From contig CAIIXF020000001.1 of NCBI GenBank assembly GCA_903813345.2, positions 16,120,001 through 16,184,000 on the forward strand: a DNA stretch of 64,000 nt, given 5' to 3'. This DNA comes from Owenia fusiformis (Eukaryota). A model generated the notes under the pieces. That model was given only the letters and a program-made list of their open reading frames with translations, searched no databases and was not told the origin of the DNA. The position numbers and the translations under genes are program-made. This document shows positions 36,805-50,303 of this stretch, piece by piece (positions within the stretch are counted from its first letter, which is position 1; each line of letters starts with the position of its first letter).

Positions 36805-37989
36805 GTCTATGTAGAATGTATTTATTTGCACCATTAAGTCAGAGAGAAAAAATTGACTTGAGAGACAACCCATAAGCATGCCCATTGTTTAAATATGGTG
36901 GTGGGCATTGTGATTCCTAAATTATATTTAACAGGGGCTACGGTGAGCAATATCGTACCTTAAAATCAAAAGTGGCCGACTAATACAAAACTTATTAGTT
37001 ATACTACCATCTACCATAAATAAAACACAAGGCGATGAGCACCTTGTGTTTTATTTATGGTAGATCATATTTATACCAAGTATCAAGAAACATGCCGGAG
37101 AATTGAAGTCAGTCCCATTGCCTGCTAAACTGGCAACCGCATGACTACTTTTAACTACTTTTTTTAGGTTAGATAAAAAGTAAATACTCATACTTTTCTT
37201 TAGAAATTACATGACTTTTCTTTTTATACGTTCACAATAAGCTTTGTATTTGTTCGCAAAGCATCAAATATTATTTAAAGCATTTTGACACGGTGTGTCA
37301 TTCTTCAAATACAGATTCATTTTTCAAATACCATTTTAAATTATAATGACATTTATTTTGTTTATTTCGTTCAAGGAGAATATATTCAATGAAACAACCA
37401 TGCTATATATCTTCATAATGTTTTTAGACATTGCAGTTATTTGATAAATGAGGTTCAGGAGAAAATACCTTTGTCCGTCAGTCTGGGTAATTATTTAAGC
37501 ACCATTGGTCTGGGATTATTTGTATTTTATTTGGCGCCAAATAGCTTTTGAGCAGAACTTCTCCTACCATAGGGTACATGTCTTATAAAAATTGCAATAG
37601 AATATGTTTTTATGAAAACCAATATTTATAATGTTAATTTAGAAAATGATATGGTTTTCACATAGAAAACTGTGATCAAAATTATTTAACGTATTTGTGA
37701 GAGATACGACAGTGTGTTGTTTGAAATATTTTTGATCTAATGCCATATTTTATAGCTTAAAATTGTCAATCATACTTTTGGAAATTCCGGGTTTCGCTTT
37801 GCAATTTTTGTCAAGTCTAGGACCATGATTTAAAAACCATTAAATATCATAAAGGCCTATCATTTAAAAGCATTCTTTGAAACTAATTTGTACGGACGTT
37901 CAAAAGTGGTTAATCAAATGAAAGTTCAATAAAAATTATGTCGCGATAATTTTCAAAAATATTTTAGGATTTAAAGCCTACGGTCTATC

Positions 37990-40709
37990 TCAATAGTTAA
38001 TGAGTGGTCCGTAGAATCGATTAAGCGTATCATCGTTTGTGTTCACAAGGTAATCTTCGTGAGCTTTCACGAACTCCTCTTCACTTATTTTTCCATCTTG
38101 GTTAGTATCAATGAAGTCAAACTGCATCCTTGCGAATCTCTTATCCAGATCGAATGCGTTCCAAAACACCAAATACTCGTCGAATGTAAGAAATCCCTTG
38201 GCATTGACATCAATAATCTACAAAGGTAATGAAAAGGATGTTAACCATTTTTTCCTTTCTCTTCGAGTAAACTCAATTGTGAAGATTTTGTGGTGCTACA
38301 CAATGATGGTTTATGTGATACCCTTACTTTTTTAGTGAGTAAAGCATTCAAAATGAAATGTTCTCTTGGCAATACTATTTGGGATTTTGCACTCCCTTTC
38401 TAAGCTAATTACAATTTATAGCCTATATATGATTTGACATTCAGCCTTTTTTAATATGGAAAAGCCATTTAAAATTCTCTTGATCAATATTCTGAATCCC
38501 CAAAGTTGAGTGTTATGATGCGTGTCCTCCCATTTAGTTACATTTGTTTGTGTATTGAAATGAAGCAGGCGTATTTCACTTAAGCATCATGGATCCGATT
38601 CGTGTCATATAACTAATTTCTACTTTTTTGTTTTACCTGAAACATGTGAATATATATTTGACCCAACGACTTCAGTGCAGCTGGATTACTCTTGGCTCTC
38701 CAAAGGCCTTCTATCTGCTCGGACAAAGATGTTACATTGACAATTTCTACCACAGGGTTATAACTTGTACGCTTTGTTAAATCTCTGAAGAACTCTATTA
38801 CATTATCAGCAGATTTCTCATTCATATCACCTTAAATGAAAATTGACTGGTTTGAGTTGGTGTTTGAGCTCATTTGGGCGAAGAAATAAGACGCCCATTG
38901 AGTCATACTTGCATTTGGTGGCATTTCTGTCAAGTTATCCTTATATTTTTCTTAAATTAAATAAAAAACATATGTGTCCAACATCAAAATTGACTTCTGA
39001 GTCAGTCTTTGAAAACAAAGAAAATAATAAATTAAGAATTTTAGTGGGGGCTGGTCAAGGGATCTTCTCTTGTGCCTCCTATTATACTCTTGTGCCTCCT
39101 ATTATAAAGCCTTTAGAGGAGGTAATTCAGTTAACAGATAAGAGCACATGTGTTCAGACCCCTATTCCGTTCCGTTCCGTTATATTCTATTCTATTGATT
39201 AATTTATTTCAATTTATTTAACCCTACTATCACACCAAACTAGTTCTCACTACGTTCTCGAAAACGGGTTTCAACTGTGTACGGACGGACTGGACCTACT
39301 AAGAACCGTTTGGGATCTATTTACAAACTTCATCGAACGTACTCGAACGCGTAGGTCCTCTAGAACTTACATAATGCTCAAAATGTTCTCGTGGTCGTCA
39401 CGTTCTACAATTAGAACGAGTGACAACGTACTAACGACGAGCTGGACGTACTACGAACGGAACAGTCGTACTTCAATCCTACTAGGGACATTTTAACAAC
39501 GAGTTGAACCGTCTGAGGACGTGTTGAGAACGAGGTAGAACTAATTGCAAACGGGTTTAAACGGATTAAGAACGTATTTAACACTGCTTATGAACGAGTT
39601 AGCAAAAATATAGCTATCACACCAAACAAGTTGCCACTGCGTTCTTCAAAAAAAAAACTGGTTTTAAACTGTGTGCGAACGGAATGAACGTAGCTGCAAC
39701 TTTCTAAGGTCTATTTACGAACTTTATGAATGTTCTCAGACGGGAATGTGATTTTAGAATTTTGAATCGATTCAAAATTCGATGGCGACCATACCGTTCT
39801 GTAATCAGGTCATGTTGACCTTCTAGACTAAGGGACGCGTTCTACGACGTTGCACACCGACGTGGTGCGACCTGAACGAACTGCGAACGAGATGGACGTA
39901 TTGAAGACTGTTTATGAACGAAGAAGCTAATTATTTCAGACATATTTCCCGACCACAGCCAGATTGAGCCCGTTTTACGACGTTTTCGTAGGACTGGCAA
40001 GAACGGGTAAGAAAGGAAGATTTCTCTCTCTCTCTCCTACAGTAAATAACATTAATAACCTGTAAAAAATAATATGTGAAAATAAAGATTTATTTATAAA
40101 AAAAAAAAAGAACGGGTAAGGATTAGTTTGGTGTTAGGGGGGTAAAAGCCTTTATTTTTGTGGTATTCTGTAGTATAACATAATTACAGCTATAGCTACT
40201 TACCAACGTGGATAAACCTGTCTGCTGTATTCATTATATCATCATACCCAGCATAGCCATCTTTGTCCCAATCCCAGGCAAAGAGGATCGTAATTATTTT
40301 CCTGAGACATAGTGTAGGTATTTGTCTGATCTAAAAATGTGCAAATAAACTGAAACTTAATGTTGTATAGATCTGCTTTCATTTTGAAGATCTTAACACA
40401 TCAGTCAAAGGGGAAAACAAAGCAATAAAGGGCGAGGTGTTGTGGGTTCGATCCCCGCTGGGATGGACTGACATTTTCACACCAGCCCTTCGCACAGGAT
40501 ATCAATCGTTGTTTTCATTAACAAATAGATGGAACATTGAAATATAATTTGTTGTAATAAACAAACCCAAACAACCCAAAACCAATGATCAAGCGCAGTT
40601 CAAATGATCCGTTTCACTCCACCACCTGACAAGAATCGGCACTCTATAAAATCATATTTACCTCTGGCACCTGTTTATTATCACAAGGGTCTTCTGGTTT
40701 ATCTGCCAT
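37990..40709 (-). CDS. Sarcoplasmic calcium-binding protein (SCP)/photoprotein-family EF-hand protein, copy A, 198 aa. Exons 40709-40662, 40330-40204, 38830-38637, 38217-37990
   Basis: Phase-consistent exons; EF loops DWDKDGYAGYDD, DVNAKGFLTFDE and DTNQDGKISEEE; C-terminal RFYGPL resembles annelid SCP (FWGPL) and Renilla luciferin-binding protein (FYGDL). Confidence 0.88.
39222..40142. mobile_element. PIF/Harbinger-like MITE (CCC..TCACACCAAACTAG termini, TWA flanks) in SCP-A intron 2
   Basis: Inverted termini ccctactatcacaccaaactag / ttagtttggtgttagggggg; absent from copy B; family members at ~25490-25882, 42400-43545 and 51800-58100. Confidence 0.7.
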
Positions 40710-40927
40710 TTTGATAAAGTTTCTTCCAAATTAAAAGCCTCATATGTTTATAAAGTTTCGTCACATAATAAACAAACAACATCAAGGTTAGCAAATAACT
40801 TGAAATAAGATATATGCGTCTGAAACCACATTATACTCCTAGATGTATCAAGGCCATCTAACTAGAATGTGAGTCATTCTTTTGATGCGGATACGTTCAA
40901 AATAAACTCTGTGTGTGTTTGTAAAGC

Positions 40928-42022
40928 TTCCTGGTCATCTCAACCCCAAGTCAACTCAGACCAGTAAAACTCAACCCCAAGTCAACTCAACCCCAAGTCA
41001 ACTCAACCCCAGTAAAACTCAACCCCAAGTCAACTCAACCCTGTAAAACTCAACCCCAGTAAAACTCAACCCCTATATTTCTATATATTGATAAACTTAT
41101 AAGAAAGTTTATTTAATAAAAATAATTCGAATGATTCAGTTTGTGATTTTCATTCTTAGACCACTGCCTTTTTGGATGATAGTTAATAATGAGTTTATCT
41201 CCAAAATGTCAACATGGTACAGTGTACTAATAGGATTAAAATATGGGTCATTTTATTAATCTTGCTAATACGTTTGTTTTGTTGTAATCCCTATGAGGTT
41301 GACACTCTTGATTATTTGGAAAACCGTACCCTGCGTGCAGAGTCTAGTTAAACTACGAAGACGAAGTGAAGTCAAACGAATGCAAAGGGTAGGAAAACCG
41401 GAACATGACCATTGCTTTCCAGGGGCATAGCCAGCTTTCAGTCAGGAGGGATGCGATCGCCCAAAAAATTTGGTTTTCAGTCAGGGGGTGCCGATCGTGG
41501 CATAAGAGAGCCAAAAAAGATATGTTTTGACAAAAAATGATGCAACTTCCTTCAAAATTGGGGGGAGGGTGTGTGCGAACTCCTCCTGGCTACGTCTATG
41601 CTTTCAGTCTATTAATTACTAAATGTTAATGATTTTGCTAAAGCATGTTCATATAAATAAAAATTTATATTACATTGTTAATTATTTCTAAATTATCTAA
41701 AATTTGATTTCAAAATATGTCTTAAATTCAATAATAGTGACAACTTGATGAATTATCCTTGAGCTTAACCGTTTTTTTAAATACTTTTACAACTTTCTAT
41801 TCAAAGTATCATGCAAAATGCTAGATTTTCAGAAATTAATGACTTAAATTATTCTTCATAAGAAATTAAATTAGACATTGCACAAATGAATAGGGTTGAG
41901 TTTTACTGGGGTTGAGTTTTACAGGGTTGAGTTGACTTGGGGTTGAGTTTTACAGGGTTGAGTTGACTTGGGGTTGAGTTGGACTGGGTTGAGATGACTT
42001 GGGGTTGAGATGACCTGTCACC
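40928..42022. mobile_element. Foldback-like DNA element with tandem 15-mer TIR arms (aactcaaccccaagt)
   Basis: Inverted arms at 40933-41072 and 41892-42015; flanking direct repeat tttgtaaagc; empty site in copy B (~50440). Confidence 0.8.
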
Positions 42023-42636
42023 TTTGTAAAGCATCAGCAAATATTTAAAGAATTTTGACAAGATTAGTCATTTTCAGGTAAATTTTCGAAATAAATTTTA
42101 ATTTTATAAGTTGAATAATCAAATATATCTAATGGGCATAAAATCATGTATTCTTCATATTGTTTTCAACACTACCGTTATTAAACAAATGTGACATCCT
42201 GTGTGCATATTGATGAACGGAGTTCAGGGGATATAGAGAATGCCTCCACCAGTCTATCCGTACATTCGTCTGGGCAATTATTATTATGTACCCTATTTGA
42301 GAAGTCTTGTTCGAAAGGTATTTACAAGTTATCAAATTGTAACATTTTAATGTATTTTTAATCCATTTCACACACTTCTTGAAATGTCCTCAATCCTACT
42401 ACTGAAGTGTTGAGATCCTGCTTGGATTCGTTGTGTCGACGGGATAAAGACTGCCTATAAGCAAGAACTTGGACGTGCTCGGACGGGAAGGTAATTTAGA
42501 ATTTTGAACCATTTCAAAATTCGACGGCGGCCATACCGTTCTGTAATTAAATCGTGTGACAACGTAGTTCAAACGAGATGACCTACTAGACTAGGAACGT
42601 AATTGCCGTACTTCGACTCTACTAGGGATGCGCTTA

Positions 42637-43377
42637 CCCCCCTTTCACACCAAACTAGTTCTTACCCGTTCTTGCCAGTCCTACGAAAACGTCGTAAAAC
42701 GGGCTCAATCTGGCTATGGTCGGGAAATATGTCTAAAATAATTAGCTACTTCGTTCATAAACAGCCGTCAATACGTCCATCTCATTCGCAGTTCGTTCAG
42801 GTCGCACCACGTCGGCGTGCAAAGTCGTATAACGCGTCCCCTTAGTCTAGAAGGTCATCATGACCTGATTACAGAAGAGTACTTCCCGTCTGAGAACGTT
42901 CATGAAGTTCGTAAACAGTCCTTAGAAAGTTGCAGCTACGTTCATTCCGTTCGCACACAGTTTAAAACCAGTTTTGAAGAACGCAGTGGCAACTTGTTTG
43001 GTGGTGTGATAGCTATATTTTTATACGTTTTTAATCAGTTTAAACCCGTTTGCAATCAGTTCTACCTCGTTTTCAATACGTCCTCAGACAGTTCAACTCG
43101 TTGTAAAAACGTCCCTAGTAGGATTGAAGTACGACGGTTAAGTTCGTAGTAGGTAGTTCGTAGTACGTCCAGCTCGTTCTAATTGTAGGACGTGACGACC
43201 ACGAGAGCATTTTGAGCATGTTCTAACTTCTAGAGGCTGTTTAAGTTATGGTTTAAGTACGTTCGATGAAGTTTGTAAATAGACCCCAAATGGTTCTAAG
43301 TACGGCCAGTCCGTTCGTACACAGTTGAAACCCGTTTTCGAGAACGTAGTGAAAACTAGTTTGGTGTGATAGTAGGG
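42637..43377. mobile_element. Harbinger-like MITE nested in a related older copy
   Basis: tta|ccccc..tttcacaccaaactag ... ctagtttggtgtgatagtaggg|taa; inverted relative of 39222-40142. Confidence 0.7.
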
Positions 43378-44247
43378 TAACGACGTTTTGCAATCGAACA
43401 TCGATTGCAGTACGTGTCCACACCGACATGATGCGACCTGAACGAACTGCGAATGAGATGGACGTATTGAAGACTGTTTATTAAGGAAGTAGCTAATTAT
43501 TTCCCAACCACAGCCAGATTTAGCCCGTTTAACGACGTTTGCCATTTGTATTCGTTTGACGACTTCGCTTCTTAACTAGACTCTGCGTGCAGCGTAGACT
43601 TTTTTGTAGGACTGGAAAGAACGGTTGGGAGCAAGAGGCAATGGTATCGACAGAACTCCAAATGTATCTTTGGTATGCATCGGAGATGGCCGAAGATTAG
43701 GTATGTAAGTCTCCGCTTCAACCCGAGCCCTATCCCTAATCCCAAACCCAACCCTAAATAAGAATCGGAATTTTGCTCGGCTATCTTCCGTTGCTTAACG
43801 TTTTGTTCTCGCTTCAAAGGTTTGCAAAAGGCATGGCAGGGAACCAATCCTCCTTGATGAACATTAACAATTCGAAGAGTAACTCAAGAATTTCCTGAGA
43901 CAGTCACTGGAGATACAATCATTTACAAGCAATGTAGGTTAACATACAAAACGTTTTAGGAGATAATCAAGTACATTCTCAGATATCACTGGATATGTCT
44001 TGCTGTAATAATTAAAATTCTCAGGGAAATGCTGAATTTTGTATACCAAGCAACATTAAAGATTTCAGTTCTGATTAAAAACACCTGTTTATTTCTTGTT
44101 ATAAGTACATGATTACAATTTTAAAAAATTGCATAGTATTGTAATCAGTTATTTAACATATGATCTTGCATTTTAATAATTTAAGAGTGTTTAAACGTTA
44201 ACTATGCTATCTTATGAGTCAGTGCAAGTGGTCTCATATATGATCTA

Positions 44248-44891
44248 CAGGGTGTCCCGAAAGTATGGGCCCCCCCCTAGGCAGACATACACCAATGTTC
44301 CCATAGTATGTGTCATATATCATTTTAAAGCTTATCCAAAGTTACATTGATTTGCCAAGTATCATCATTCAACTTACAAATGGGAAAAAGTTACAGGCAT
44401 TTCAAAACTTAGTGTATGGCCAAAATTAAAGTTAAAATCAGTATCCTGGAAATACCGCTAGCCTGAAGGTGACCAAAAATATGGGTGCTATCGTTAAAGA
44501 GAGGATGGATATTGAGTTCTAAAAAGAGGACTTTTAGGGTAGATACTCCAAGGAAACTCTTCTAAAATGCCTTAAAACGGTTTTATGAGGATTATTAAAT
44601 GCCATACCCCTATTTGCAGTGTATTAAAGGTCATATCTGGAAAGAATTGCTGCTGTTAACATGGCCAAGGGAGACACGGTGACCATTAATTTTGTGTAAA
44701 ACTAAACTTTAATTTTGGTAAAACACTACATTTTGAAATGTGTGTAACTTTTTCCCGTTTGTGAGTTGAACCATGATACTTGGCAAATCAGTGTAACTTT
44801 GGACAAGCTTTGAAATGATATATGACACATACTATGGGGACATTGGTGTATGTCTGCCTAGGGGGGGGGCCCATACTTTCGGGACACCCTG
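44248..44891. mobile_element. Tc1/mariner-type MITE with ~170-bp TIRs
   Basis: cagggtgtcccgaaagtatgggccc ... gggcccatactttcgggacaccctg; TA duplicated relative to the empty site at ~58220. Confidence 0.88.
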
Positions 44892-45536
44892 TAGTTATAT
44901 AATACTATCTTTTGAGACCCTTATTGTTTTATATTCATATTCATACTTCACACTGTTTTATATAGACTTTGACATGATCCAAATGTTACATGTACAGTCA
45001 TATTTTGTTCATGGAATGTATTCTGTACTTTCATTGCAAAGATATTTTACTGCACACTCAAATTCATAAATGTATAAATAATATCACAATAATCTGACTA
45101 AACATTATATTAAATCATATAAATTGTCAAAGCATGAAGTCAAAAAGTAAGACATTATATAAAATCACATACAAATCATTTAAACTTAACTCATATTATT
45201 CTAACAATTACTTCATTTTTATCATGTAAGTTCTATATGTTAAAACTGTCTAATAATATATTTTACTAAAAAATAAATATGTTGGCACATTCTGGATGTG
45301 TGGTTGGCTGTACCATAGATAGCTGATTAGCATATCTAAGACTAGGCCAAAATCTCAATGTTACAGTCCCAAATTATACTAAGTAATTAATCCATTGTTT
45401 TTCAAATTAGAGCTAACAAAATGTAATGGACTTCTACCCCATTCACTTAAAATTTACAGGCATACATCTATGTTTGACCTTGCCTCACATTTGTGAAAAC
45501 AGTCCTTATTTTAACACAAAAGCACAAGAATTAAAA

Positions 45537-45975
45537 TATAGTAGCACCCTACATTTGTTCTCAGAATCCTACTTTGACTTGGACTTCAGCGAACATGAGG
45601 CTTGGGCAAAATAGGTTCAATTCTTATGCTAGGCATAAGGGAAGATCTGTTGTATGCCCGGCATAAGAGTATATCTATTCTTATGCCGGTGTAAAAGCGT
45701 AGGATGTCATCTCAAATTATGGTCCTACTCTCCATTGATTTATATGGTGACCTAAATACAACTCTCCCTCATTATCTTATACGCAATCAGGGCCAGTAAA
45801 GGCTGTTAAGAAAGGGGACCATAATCGCTGGGGGACCATCATTTCTTTCACACCGGGCATAAGAACAGATCTACTCTTATGCTGGGCATAAGAATTATTA
45901 TATTTTGCCCAAACCTCATGTTTGCTGAAGTCCGAGTCAAGGTAGGATTCAAAGATCAAATGTCGGGGTGTTATA
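45537..45975. mobile_element. MITE with long inverted arms; internally deleted copy at ~58866-59010
   Basis: tagcaccctacatttg..cttcagcgaacatgaggcttgggcaaaata is inverted with tattttgcccaaacctcatgtttgctgaag..caaatgtcggggtgtta. Confidence 0.6.
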
Positions 45976-46591
45976 GACGTACCTGGCATAAGAATAAATA
46001 TGTTTAAGATCAGACAAAAATCATTGTGTTAATATCAAGAATATTCTGGACGGTAACTCATTGAGGTGCTATAATATCTGTGAGAGGGGACTGTACTACT
46101 ATACAGGGCGTGCTAGTCTATTAAAAAGTTAATGGACCGGTTGATAATTTCAACATGCAAAATACAGTGCACTTTATCCATGGTATAAGATCTGTGCCCA
46201 TACCCATGTATTACAGTCCTATGCTCAACCAGATCTTTGAGGGAAGATTTGGGCACTTATGGGTATTAAATTATGGGCACTTTTGACCTTTAAATATGAA
46301 ATGTGTAGCACACAGCCTACACCCCTGGGCATAACTATTGTTATATCTTGACTTCTTCTGAGACTGCATTGTATTGTGCGCATTCCTCCACCTCCACTTT
46401 TCTACTTTGAGTTTCACAATATCTGGAAAAATCCAAGAAATAATAAACCAAAATATTGGAATATGGCAAGTATATTGAAAGATGTGTGGTTTTAGCATCT
46501 GGCATTGAACTTTAAGGTTGTTTACTGGTGAAAAATGAAACTGTAGGACATCAACCTTTTATTTCATTAATATTAACTTCATACAGGTATA

Positions 46592-47506
46592 CAGGGTGAC
46601 CAAAAAACAGAACCCGCCAAAAATATAATAATTTCTTGAATACTTATGTAATCTTCATTTTTCATGTACAGAAACTACAATCTATGGATGACAATGTTAC
46701 ACTAAATTCGTAACATAACATTCAATATTCTTCTTGTCATTGTCAATTAGAAAATGTGCCCACCTTTAAAAGAAAAGAACATTTTAGGATTTTCGTGTCA
46801 ACCAAAGGGTTACACCTCCTTTGCTTAAACCCATCACATTCATTTGGTTTCTTGTTATGCTGCATTTTGTGACTATAGAGGTTGGTGCAGGTGCACCTTC
46901 TGAGTGATATTTTGGAACTACGTTCAATGCAATCACACACAGTGCTTTCTGGTGTTCTCATACCCCCATTCTAAAAACCTTCCTGGATAGGAAAGTTGAT
47001 CTTTGTTTCCATTCAGGTGTTTAACAGTTCTCCTTTTTATCTTCCAACTCAGTATTAAATATTTGACTTTGATATCACAGTGCTCTCGGCCGATCATTCT
47101 GTTGTCTTCATGATTTCTTGAGAATTCATCCAATGGAATTTTATACAGTGTTTGAGGTGTTCTTGCTCAGAGGCCATTCTTTTCTAGATATTTTACAATT
47201 GCCTATTCTTCATTTATCAATTAAAATATGAATTGAGACTTTGATTTCATGTCTTCTTTAAAATTTCCTTCAGAATTTCAAGAAGAATCTTGAGATATGA
47301 TTTTGTCTCAATATTGATTTTCCGAATAATGGACACTCTAAGAACATCCATGATATCACAAATAATTAATTTTGTGTAATAAATTTAATACTGTATAATT
47401 TTATCATACATAGAATCTAGTTTATGTACATAAAACATTGAGTTGATAGGATAGGTATTTAAGAAATTATTACACTTTTAGAGGGTTCTGTTTTTGGGTC
47501 ACCCTG
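46592..47506 (-). mobile_element. Internally deleted mariner-like transposon with decayed transposase remnants
   Basis: TIRs cagggtgacc(a/c)aaaaacagaaccc with TA flanks; minus-strand fragments such as ERSSKISLRR resemble mariner transposase; absent from copy B. Confidence 0.7.
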
Positions 47507-48799
47507 TATATTAGGATTTCTATGAGTTGAAAAATGTATTTCGCTAAAGTATATTTTTGGAAGTCAACTGATAGTTGTGCCCATTTTGAAGTACAAGTAT
47601 ATTATAATTTTCTTTTGAAATTTACATAGTCTTGAAACAACCAGATGGCCAACTTAAACGAAACTTCAGTTATAGATATTTATACCATGTATCAAGGAAC
47701 ATGCCTGAAAATAGAAATCAATCCTTCGGGCTTCGTGGAATATCACTTGTGCAAGATGCACAGATATTCACCTTAATAGAATTAAAAATGTATAATATCG
47801 TATACATCCTAATAATAACTACCTTTTTAGGTTAGATAAAAAAGTAAAAACAGTACTCATACTTTTCTTTAGAAATTACATGATATTTTCTTATGATACG
47901 TTCACAATAAGCTTTGTATTTGTTTGTAAAGCATCAAATAGTATTTAAAGCATTTTGACACGGTGTGTCATTCTTCAAATACAGATTCATTCATCAAATA
48001 CTATTTTTGGTTATAATGACATTTTTGTTTACTTCGTTCAAGGAGAATGTATTTGTGGTACGAACAACCATGCGATCTTTATAGTTTATATTATTTTAAT
48101 TTACACTTAGGTAGCAACACAATATTATGAACTGTATTTTATTTTTAAGAATACACAGCTATAACAAAGAGGAGTGCCTTATTTCTTTATTGTTTTTAGG
48201 AATGTACACTTGGCATTAGCTATCCAAAACTAGTGTGACACAAAAGATGAATGACCGGCTCATGCAGTGCACTAAAGCTTAACTAAGTATACCGTATTCA
48301 CTCTTTCAATAGTTGCATAGTAAACACAAAAGCAACAAACTTAAAACTATACATGCCCTGTTAAATGATGTGCAGTGAAACTGAACTAATTACATCCACT
48401 TGCTTCTTCTCAATATACATACCTCATCATGTCATAGTCAATACAAAAGAAACCAATTCTCCTAAAATTGGATCATGGACCACTTACCCTTGAAAAGAGT
48501 CAGTGCCCATTGTATCGTTGTAAGTTTATAACTAAAAATATTGTCAATCATACTTTTGGAAATTTTGGATTTCGCTTTGCAATTTTTGTCAAGTTTAGGA
48601 CTTAAAAATCTCATCACTGAAATGTATTTTAATCCATTTTACACAATTGAAACACAATACAATTAAAAACAGTTGAAAACATTCTTTGAAATATTTGTAC
48701 AAAAAGTAAAAGTGGTAAATCAATTGAAAGTTCAATAAGAATCATGTCGCAATCATTTTCCAAAATATTTGAGATATTTTAGAATTTAAAGTCTATGAA

Positions 48800-50303
48800 C
48801 TAGTAGTTAATGAGTGGTCCGTAGAATCGATTAAGCGTATCATCTTCTGTATTCATAAGGTAATCTTCGTGAGCGTTCAAAAACTCTTCTTCGCTTATTT
48901 TACCATCTTGGTCAGTATCCATGAAGTCAAACTGTATCCTTGCGAATCTCTTATCTAGTTTGAATGTGTTCCAAAACACTAAATATTCGTCGAATGTAAG
49001 GTATCCCTTTGCATTGACATCAATAATCTGCAAAGGTAATGAAGAATGTGAACCATTTTCCCTTCTCTTCGGGTAAAACCAATTATGAAGACGTTGTACA
49101 GTGCTACACAATGATGGTTATGTGATATCATGTTTACTATTTTTTGAGTAAAGCATTCAAATTGAAGTTCTCGTGGGAATAATTTGGGATTTTCTACTCC
49201 GTTTCTAAACTTAATGCAAATCATATCAATATTTTTCAATGTGGAAAAGCTATTTAAACTTTTCCTGATCAATATTCCGAATCACCAGAATTTGGTGTTA
49301 TAAAACATGTCCTCCCATCTAGATACATTTGTTTGTGTATTGAAATGAAGCAGGCATATTTCACTTAAGCATCATGAATCCGATTCGTGTCATACAAAGA
49401 TAGGCTTAAATATTTTTTGTTTTACCTGAAACATGTGAATATATATTTGGAACAACGACTTCAGTGCAACTGGATCACTCTTGGCTCTCCAAAGTCCCAC
49501 TAGCTGCTCTGACAAAGATCTTGCTTTGACAATTCCTTCCACAGGGTTATCACTTTTGCGCTTTGTGTAATCTCGGAAGAACTCTATTACATTATCAGCA
49601 GATTTTCCATTCATATCACCTAAGATGAAAATTGACTGGCTTGAGTTGGAAGTTGGTTGATTTGAGCTCATTTGGGCGAAGAAAAAAGACGCTCATTGGG
49701 TCATACTTGCAGGTTGTGGCATTTTTGTCAAGTTAATTCCTTATATTTTTCTAATATTAGACAAAATGCATACAGGTGTCCATATAAAAATTGTAGTATT
49801 CAGTAGTATTACATAATTACAGCTACTTACCAGCTCTGATAAACCTTTCTGCTGTATTCATTGTATCATCATACCCGGCATAGCCATCTTTGTCCAAATC
49901 CCAGGCGAAGATGATCGTAGCTGCCTTTCTTAGCCATAAATTAGGAATTTGTCTGATCTGAAAATTTGGAAATAAACTGAAAGTTCATGTTGTCTGCTTT
50001 CATTTTGAAGATCTAAACACAGCAGTCTAAGGAGGAAACATAGCATTAAAGAGCGAGGGGTCGTGGGTTCGATCCCCACTGGGATGGGTTGACCTTTTCA
50101 CACCAGCCCTTATCACAGGATTTCATTGAAATATAATTGGTAATAATAAAAAAACCAATCAACCCAAAACCAATGATCAAACACACTTCAAATGATCCCT
50201 TTTAGTTTTACTCCACCACCAGACAAGAATTAGCACTCTATAAAATCATATTTACCTCTGGCACCTGTTTATTATCACAAGGGTCTTCTCGTTTATCTGC
50301 CAT
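48800..50303 (-). CDS. SCP/photoprotein-family EF-hand protein, copy B, 198 aa. Exons 50303-50256, 49957-49831, 49619-49426, 49027-48800
   Basis: Same exon sizes (48/127/194/228) as copy A; LWLRKAATIIFAWDLDKDG..TAERF closely resembles the annelid SCP N-terminus (LWVQKMKT..DFDKDG..MAERF). Confidence 0.9.

Noticed and set aside
40430-40500. tRNA gene (ggttcgatcccc), also at ~50050
   Set aside because: Only a B-box/T-loop remnant is present; likely a SINE fragment.
43720-43760. Telomere-like or telomerase-template sequence (ccctaa variants; also ttaggc at ~35352)
   Set aside because: Short degenerate hexamer runs typical of repeat interiors.
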